Source: Candidatus Latescibacterota bacterium (lineage in GTDB: Bacteria; Latescibacterota; UBA2968). Taken from it: a DNA stretch of 64,000 nt. Numbering within the stretch: position 1 is the stretch's first letter; every line of letters starts with the position of its first letter. Below are positions 58,831-64,000 of the stretch, piece after piece. The DNA lies in the NCBI GenBank assembly GCA_965116885.1, contig OZ220741.1:800001-864000 (forward strand). Reading direction: 5' to 3'. The position numbers and the translations under genes are program-made. The notes below the pieces were generated by a model that was not told the origin of the DNA, did no database searches, and was given only the letters and a program-made list of their open reading frames with translations.

Positions 58831-58987
58831 TTCAAACCGCCTTGTTGAGATTCACACCGACCCTATTGACTTGTTCAAGAAAGAAATCCAAAAGATTGAT
58901 CCTCCCTGAGCCTTTAAGTCTCTGTGCACAAATTTTTTACTCGAAAACGCATTCTGGCAACGCCGCTACATCACCCGCCGCGTAGAA

Positions 58988-59836
58988 TTAAGAAATTAGA
59001 TGACCAGCCTCCTCCATCAACCGCAGCCAATCCTCATGACCGCTTGCCACCCGATCCGGGTCTATCTCACTTCTCGCAACAAAGCCCGGCACCTCCTCAC
59101 GCCCGGTTGGCAACCTGTAATCGCTATATCGAATATCCAGACTCCAGCGAATATGATCGGACGCATTGGGAAACGAGCGATGTATTGTCTTATGCTGAAT
59201 CAACGCGGCGCCCCCGGCCGGTAGCACAGACAAAACGCGATCCCCCCGCGGCAACTGATCCTCGGGAATCTCCTTCTCTGAATCCGCCGGATCGTGTGGA
59301 AGAATACCGTGCTTGTGACTCCCCGCCAAAATCTCCAGGCAGCCATTCTCCACATCCGTATCCACCAGCGGCACCCAGAAATTGACCATAAAAGTCTCCT
59401 CCACCTCCGGATCCAGAAACGCGATATCCTGATGCCACAACACCTCTTCCTCACCGGGCATCTTTGCGCGGATATTAAACTGCGGATGCACCAGAATTTC
59501 CGGCCCAATAATCGACTCCACCACATCCAGAATAGCCGGATGTGTCAGGAAAAAAAACAACCCCGCAGTCTTGTGAGCCTTGCCCAAAATCTCACCCACA
59601 AAACGCTTATCCGTCCCCAAAGCCTCGCACAAATACGCCAATCGGCACTCAAAAGGCGCGTCCTCAAAAAGACGCTCCAATTGACCCAGGGCATAAGCCT
59701 CTCTCGCCTTTTGTCCAATCACCGCATCAAACTCATCCACAAGCGGCTGATATGCCTCTGGGGGCAAACACTCGTCCAGCAACAAATACCCCTCATCCTT
59801 GTAAAAAGCAATCTGCTCACCAGTCAAACCACCCAT
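58988..59836 (-). CDS. PhyH-family dioxygenase
   Basis: YKDEGYL, WHQD, WVPLVD...NGCL...GSH, IHRS, RWSLDIRY. Confidence 0.85.
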   Translation of the reverse strand: MGGLTGEQIAFYKDEGYLLLDECLPPEAYQPLVDEFDAVIGQKAREAYALGQLERLFEDAPFECRLAYLCEALGTDKRFVGEILGKAHKTAGLFFFLTHPAILDVVESIIGPEILVHPQFNIRAKMPGEEEVLWHQDIAFLDPEVEETFMVNFWVPLVDTDVENGCLEILAGSHKHGILPHDPADSEKEIPEDQLPRGDRVLSVLPAGGAALIQHKTIHRSFPNASDHIRWSLDIRYSDYRLPTGREEVPGFVARSEIDPDRVASGHEDWLRLMEEAGHLIS

Positions 59837-59846
59837 GATTTATCTC

Positions 59847-60626
59847 CTATTTCTTCCATTCCTCACAGCCCCCAAACGGCATAGTCTCCCCCGGAACATA
59901 TCGTGGGCGTGCCGCATACACATTCGCAACATCCGGAGAGGCTTTGCCGCGCACGAGAATATTCTCGTGACCTTCTCTATTTACCCACGTCGTCGTCGGA
60001 ATATACCGCAACGTAAGCCCAACGCGCCACTGATCCGAAGTATTGGCATTCGAACCGTGGATAATATTCGGATTGTGGATCGAAACATCGCCCGCGTTGA
60101 GCTCCAGATCAACCGCATCGGAATCGTCAATCTGATCCGGATGAATACCCACGCCGAGCACGTACTTTTCCTGGTCCAGATCAATGAGATCGCGGCGCTT
60201 GAGCAAATGCTTATTATGCGTCCCCGGCAACACCCGCATACAGCCATTCTCAACCGTCGAAGGCGTCCCCGCAACCCACAAAGTCGTCACCTCCATCGGC
60301 TCGAGGGGCCAATAAGACCCGTCTTGGTGCCACTGCACAGCCTGACCATCGCCCGGGGGTTTGGCGATGTAATGTGCGGCAAACATCGCAACATCGGGCC
60401 CGAGAAATTGCTCGGCAATATCCACAAGGCGCTCATCGCCCACGAGCCGGTGCATAAAAGGATCGCGGGCGAGCAAATGATGATGCAAACGCTCTGGACG
60501 CACGCCGGGATTCCGCTCAATAAGCCAGTGGACGTGTTGCACCGTCTCCTCTGCGAGCGCCGCATCAATCGCCTTACGCGCGATAGCATAGCCATTTTGA
60601 TCGTATTCAAATCGCAAATTTTTCAT
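59847..60626 (-). CDS. PhyH-family dioxygenase
   Basis: KPPGDG..VQWHQDGSYW, NGCMRVLPGTH, IIHGS, RVGLTLRY. Confidence 0.88.
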   Translation of the reverse strand: MKNLRFEYDQNGYAIARKAIDAALAEETVQHVHWLIERNPGVRPERLHHHLLARDPFMHRLVGDERLVDIAEQFLGPDVAMFAAHYIAKPPGDGQAVQWHQDGSYWPLEPMEVTTLWVAGTPSTVENGCMRVLPGTHNKHLLKRRDLIDLDQEKYVLGVGIHPDQIDDSDAVDLELNAGDVSIHNPNIIHGSNANTSDQWRVGLTLRYIPTTTWVNREGHENILVRGKASPDVANVYAARPRYVPGETMPFGGCEEWKK

Positions 60627-60644
60627 AATACACTTTCAGGACAC

Positions 60645-60671
60645 GGGCGGGCACAGGGGCACCGCCCCTAC
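60645..60671 (-). repeat. GTAG-type REP variant (GTAGGGGCGGTGCCCCTGTGCCCGCCC)
   Basis: Identical to 28526-28552. Confidence 0.8.
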
Positions 60672-60719
60672 ATACGTTTCTTACTACCGCTCACCATCCT
60701 GATCATCCTTTCATCCTGA

Positions 60720-62177
60720 TTATCCTGATCTGATCTCTCGCAACCTATCCGCCATCCGCTCGGCAACATCGGGATGGATTGACGCCACATTCTCAATCTG
60801 CCCAATATCGCCCGAAAGATTATAAAGTTGCGAAACTGGGGAATTACCAGTCTCAATATTCACATTCGTATTCACAGGCGGACCCTGATGCGGCGGAATA
60901 AACACCCAATCCCCCTGCCGCAAAACCGTCTTTGCCTGAACACCCTCCAGAACAATCTCCGCCCGACCCTCATCGCTTTGCCCCAGCAGAGCATCGAGCA
61001 CATCCACGCTATCGGGACCCGCATCTGCATCCAGCGAAACACCCGCAAGCGCGGCAAAAGACGCGAGAAAATCGACCTGACTAACCAGGGCATCAGACTC
61101 CCCGATTTCCACAGCACCGGGCCAGGAAACGATAAAAGGCACGCGGGTACCCCCGTCGTACATACTGTATTTTCCCCCGCGCAACGGACCTGCCGGCCGG
61201 TGATCGCCACACAGCTCAACCGCCTCGTCGTAATAACCATCATTCAGCACCGGACCGTTATCGCTGGAAAAAACCACAATCGTATCTTCTTTCAAACCAC
61301 ACCGATCGAGCGCATCGAGCATCTCGCCCACACACCAATCCATCTCGGCAATCGCATCGCCACGCGGACCCAATCCAGTACTCCCCACAAATCTGGGATG
61401 CGGCAACCGCGGAACATGGGGCTGGTGGAACGCGTAATACAGAAAAAACGGACCCTCCTTGTTCTTCTCGACAAATGAAACGGCCTTTTCCAAAAACACA
61501 TCGGCCATATCTTCATCCACCCAAAGCGCTGCCTCGCCCCCTCTCATATACCCGATCCGACTCACGCCATTGACAATACTCATATCGTGCCCGTGGTGGA
61601 ACATCATCTTCAGCAACTCGGGATTGTCTTTCCCGGTCGGCAAACCCGGAAACGGCTTATTCTTATCGTACTCCACCTCAATCGGATCGGACAGATCGAG
61701 ACCCACCACATCTCTGCCATCCAGATACACACACGGCACGCGATCATTGGTCGCGGCCATGATATAAGAATAGTCAAACCCAATATCCAGAGGCGTCAGC
61801 GGAAGCGGCTCATTCCAATTTTGATTCCCCTCGCCAATACCCAGATGCCACTTGCCAACAACACTCGTTTTATAACCCGCCTCCTTGAGCACGGAAGGCA
61901 AAGTAGAAGTACCCGGATCTATAATAAGCGGCGCATCACCGGGCAAAATATGCGCGCGTTCATTGCGCCAGGAATAAGACCCCGTAAGCAAGCTATAGCG
62001 CGAAGGCGTACACGTCGCCGCCGTGGCATATCCCTGATAAAATATTACACCCTCAGAAGCCAAACGGTCAATATTGGGCGTATCGAGTACCGTAGCACCG
62101 TAACAACCCACATCTCCAAAACCGAGATCATCTGCGTACATAACGATAATATTGGGGTGCTTTGCCGAATCTGCCAT
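60720..62177 (-). CDS. Arylsulfatase (Cys-type formylglycine sulfatase)
   Basis: PNIIVMYADDLG, CTPSRYSLLTG, GKWHLG, SSDNG. Confidence 0.92.
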   Translation of the reverse strand: MADSAKHPNIIVMYADDLGFGDVGCYGATVLDTPNIDRLASEGVIFYQGYATAATCTPSRYSLLTGSYSWRNERAHILPGDAPLIIDPGTSTLPSVLKEAGYKTSVVGKWHLGIGEGNQNWNEPLPLTPLDIGFDYSYIMAATNDRVPCVYLDGRDVVGLDLSDPIEVEYDKNKPFPGLPTGKDNPELLKMMFHHGHDMSIVNGVSRIGYMRGGEAALWVDEDMADVFLEKAVSFVEKNKEGPFFLYYAFHQPHVPRLPHPRFVGSTGLGPRGDAIAEMDWCVGEMLDALDRCGLKEDTIVVFSSDNGPVLNDGYYDEAVELCGDHRPAGPLRGGKYSMYDGGTRVPFIVSWPGAVEIGESDALVSQVDFLASFAALAGVSLDADAGPDSVDVLDALLGQSDEGRAEIVLEGVQAKTVLRQGDWVFIPPHQGPPVNTNVNIETGNSPVSQLYNLSGDIGQIENVASIHPDVAERMADRLREIRSG

Positions 62178-62307
62178 ATTTATCCTTTCGTTTAACTACT
62201 GGCGCAATTGTACCTCGTTGCGTAAATTACAGGTTTGCAATATAGGGCGTTATCCAAACCACAAGCAAGCGGAAACGATTACCACACCCATTTACAAAGG
62301 AGAATAC

Positions 62308-63090
62308 ATGATTACTCGATTAACGATTCTCGCGTTATTGTTGACCCTGGTCCCAAAAGCCATCGCAGAAACCAATCCCCCAGCCGAAGGATTCAACCAG
62401 TCAGAATCAGATACAAAAGCAATTGAAATTGCCGATGCAGTCATGGAAAAAATGGGCGGATGGGAAAATTGGAATCAGACCCGGTACATCACATGGCGTT
62501 TCTTTGGACGACGCCTGCACGTATGGGACAAATGGACGGGCAACCTGCGGCATGAAGACGGGGACATGCTCATCTTGACGAACATAAACACCAAAAAAGG
62601 CCGCGTCTGGTTCGGCGGAACAGAGCAAACAAACCCCGACTCTGTAAAAAAATATATGAATCAGGGTTACAGGCGGTGGATCAACGACGCCTACTGGCTC
62701 GTCATGCCCTATAAATTGAAAGACACGGGCGTCACCTTAAAATACAGCGGCGAAGACAAAACCCTGGACGACCGCCCCGCGCACAAATTGACCCTCACCT
62801 TTCAAAACACCGGCGTCACGCCGCGAAACAAATACGATGTATGGGTAGATAAAGAGCACAACCTGGTCACAGAATGGGCTTTTTATCGCAACGCATCGGA
62901 CGCAGAACCGCGATTTCGCAACCCGTGGACAAACTGGACAAAACACGGCAACATCCTGATCTCCGACGGACGCGGATCAACGCGTAGAGGCGAACGCAAG
63001 CATACGGATATAGCCGTCTTTGATACATTACCCGCTTCGGTATTCGAAAGCCCCGATCCCGTAGATATGATGGCGTTGAAGAATCGGTAA
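62308..63090 (+). CDS. Hypothetical secreted protein
   Basis: RBS aaggag, signal peptide (AIA/E), WINDAYWLVMPYKLKD motif. Confidence 0.65.
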   Translation: MITRLTILALLLTLVPKAIAETNPPAEGFNQSESDTKAIEIADAVMEKMGGWENWNQTRYITWRFFGRRLHVWDKWTGNLRHEDGDMLILTNINTKKGRVWFGGTEQTNPDSVKKYMNQGYRRWINDAYWLVMPYKLKDTGVTLKYSGEDKTLDDRPAHKLTLTFQNTGVTPRNKYDVWVDKEHNLVTEWAFYRNASDAEPRFRNPWTNWTKHGNILISDGRGSTRRGERKHTDIAVFDTLPASVFESPDPVDMMALKNR

Positions 63091-63184
63091 AAGTATCCGC
63101 AGATGGACGCAGATAGACACAGATAAAAAAATCAAATGCAGGGGCCTGTCCAAAGTGAATTACTGGTTCGGCCTATAGTCATTG

Positions 63185-63217
63185 AAAAATCCCGTTAGAA
63201 CTTTAACGGGATTTTTT
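63185..63217. terminator. Bidirectional intrinsic terminator
   Basis: AAAAATCCCGTTA-loop-TAACGGGATTTTT between convergent genes. Confidence 0.75.
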
Positions 63218-63659
63218 ATTTTTCCAAGATACGCTTCAGCGAATCAAAACCGCCCTGAAAAACCCCGTTACCGACAAAATCGACCAGTTCCTCTTCTTCA
63301 TCGGCTGGACAGCCGAATTCTGCGGTCCACTGAATATACGTTCGATTGCCATCCGTAATAGGCGTCAAACTCAGCGTTGCCACATAGTCTTCAACCGACA
63401 TAGGCGACTCGAGAATAGAATACGTACATGTAAAAGTAACATCGCTCAACGTCAGCAATTGTTCGCGAATATTCCCGCCATCATGCAAATTAAAATTGCG
63501 AATACAGCCCACGCTATCGCTGGATTCACCACCTTCAATACGGCTATCTGCAATCGCGGGATGCCATTCGGGCAACGCATTAAAATCGCGGATCTTTTCC
63601 CACACAGCATCTACTGAAGCGTCGAGCACTGAACTGACAAAAACATTGGCTTTAGCCAT
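63216..63659 (-). CDS. SRPBCC / polyketide cyclase-like (MxaD-like) protein
   Basis: DAVWEKIRDFNALPEWHPAI, GCIRNF, IREQL, YSIL. Confidence 0.85.
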   Translation of the reverse strand: MAKANVFVSSVLDASVDAVWEKIRDFNALPEWHPAIADSRIEGGESSDSVGCIRNFNLHDGGNIREQLLTLSDVTFTCTYSILESPMSVEDYVATLSLTPITDGNRTYIQWTAEFGCPADEEEELVDFVGNGVFQGGFDSLKRILEK

Positions 63660-63717
63660 CTCATCCTCCTCTATGTGTTATTGTTTGAATAGCGCAGCAA
63701 GTTGGTATAAGTACAGT

Positions 63718-64000
63718 TTAAGATGCCACCTCTTTCCATTCCAGGCGGACTTTAAGTCCATTCAACTCCCTCCAGGGAAGATGGCCTTCATGTTGAAGCC
63801 TCCCGACGACGATACCTGGGGCAATACCCTGTTCATCAGCGAATGCACAAACCACCTCCTCTTCGCACGGACAACTTGCAACAAACCGCTCCCACTCGCG
63901 CTTCGGCACCAGCCTGTTTGTCGCCCATTCATTCGCTTCAGCTTCAAGGTCTGCGATCTCACCCTGTTTCAGGCCATCAATAAATACGCTCTTCTTGCTG
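63718..64000 (-). CDS. C-terminus of HigA/ImmA-IrrE fusion-type protein (partial)
   Basis: ...EAEANEWATNRLVP...FADEQGIAPGIVVGRLQHEG; frame open to the window edge. Confidence 0.6.
   Translation of the reverse strand, partial: SKKSVFIDGLKQGEIADLEAEANEWATNRLVPKREWERFVASCPCEEEVVCAFADEQGIAPGIVVGRLQHEGHLPWRELNGLKVRLEWKEVAS

Noticed and set aside
58830..58987. Second IS end or transposase tail (…CTGTGCACAAATTTTTTAC)
   Set aside because: Too short, with no matching inverted repeat found; cannot be supported without a search.

Overview
Bacterial chromosomal segment with about 55 genes, mostly housekeeping and metabolic: thrC, hpnCDE squalene synthesis, aspC, IlvD-family dehydratase, phosphohexomutase, recG, hflKC, coaE, gcvPA/PB and a sulfatase. 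It also carries ten PhyH-family Fe(II)/2-oxoglutarate enzymes and a long envelope cluster (GT2, TonB-ExbBD, ECF sigma/anti-sigma, Spy-like protein, RND pump with RGG-rich tails, RDD protein, large FN3-repeat lipoprotein). The PhyH expansion with FN3 and sulfatase genes resembles marine sponge-symbiont lineages (inference only). The most notable feature is a visibly AT-richer defence island at about 51.2-59.0 kb. It contains an XRE HTH plus IrrE-type peptidase pair (CapH/CapP-like), then a CBASS operon of patatin phospholipase, CD-NTase and a stand-alone E2-like protein fused to a SEC-C zinc motif, with no E1 or JAB gene. An Abi-alpha-like gene, a DUF1016 nuclease and a frameshifted HhH-like gene follow. 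A shared imperfect palindrome sits in both island promoters. Three PhyH enzymes have HxG instead of HxD, the pattern seen in halogenases. Intergenic DNA holds GTAG-type REP elements and a composite (TAGACGAA)n/hairpin repeat family. No rRNA, tRNA or CRISPR array was recognised. All calls come from motif reading; no database searches were run.
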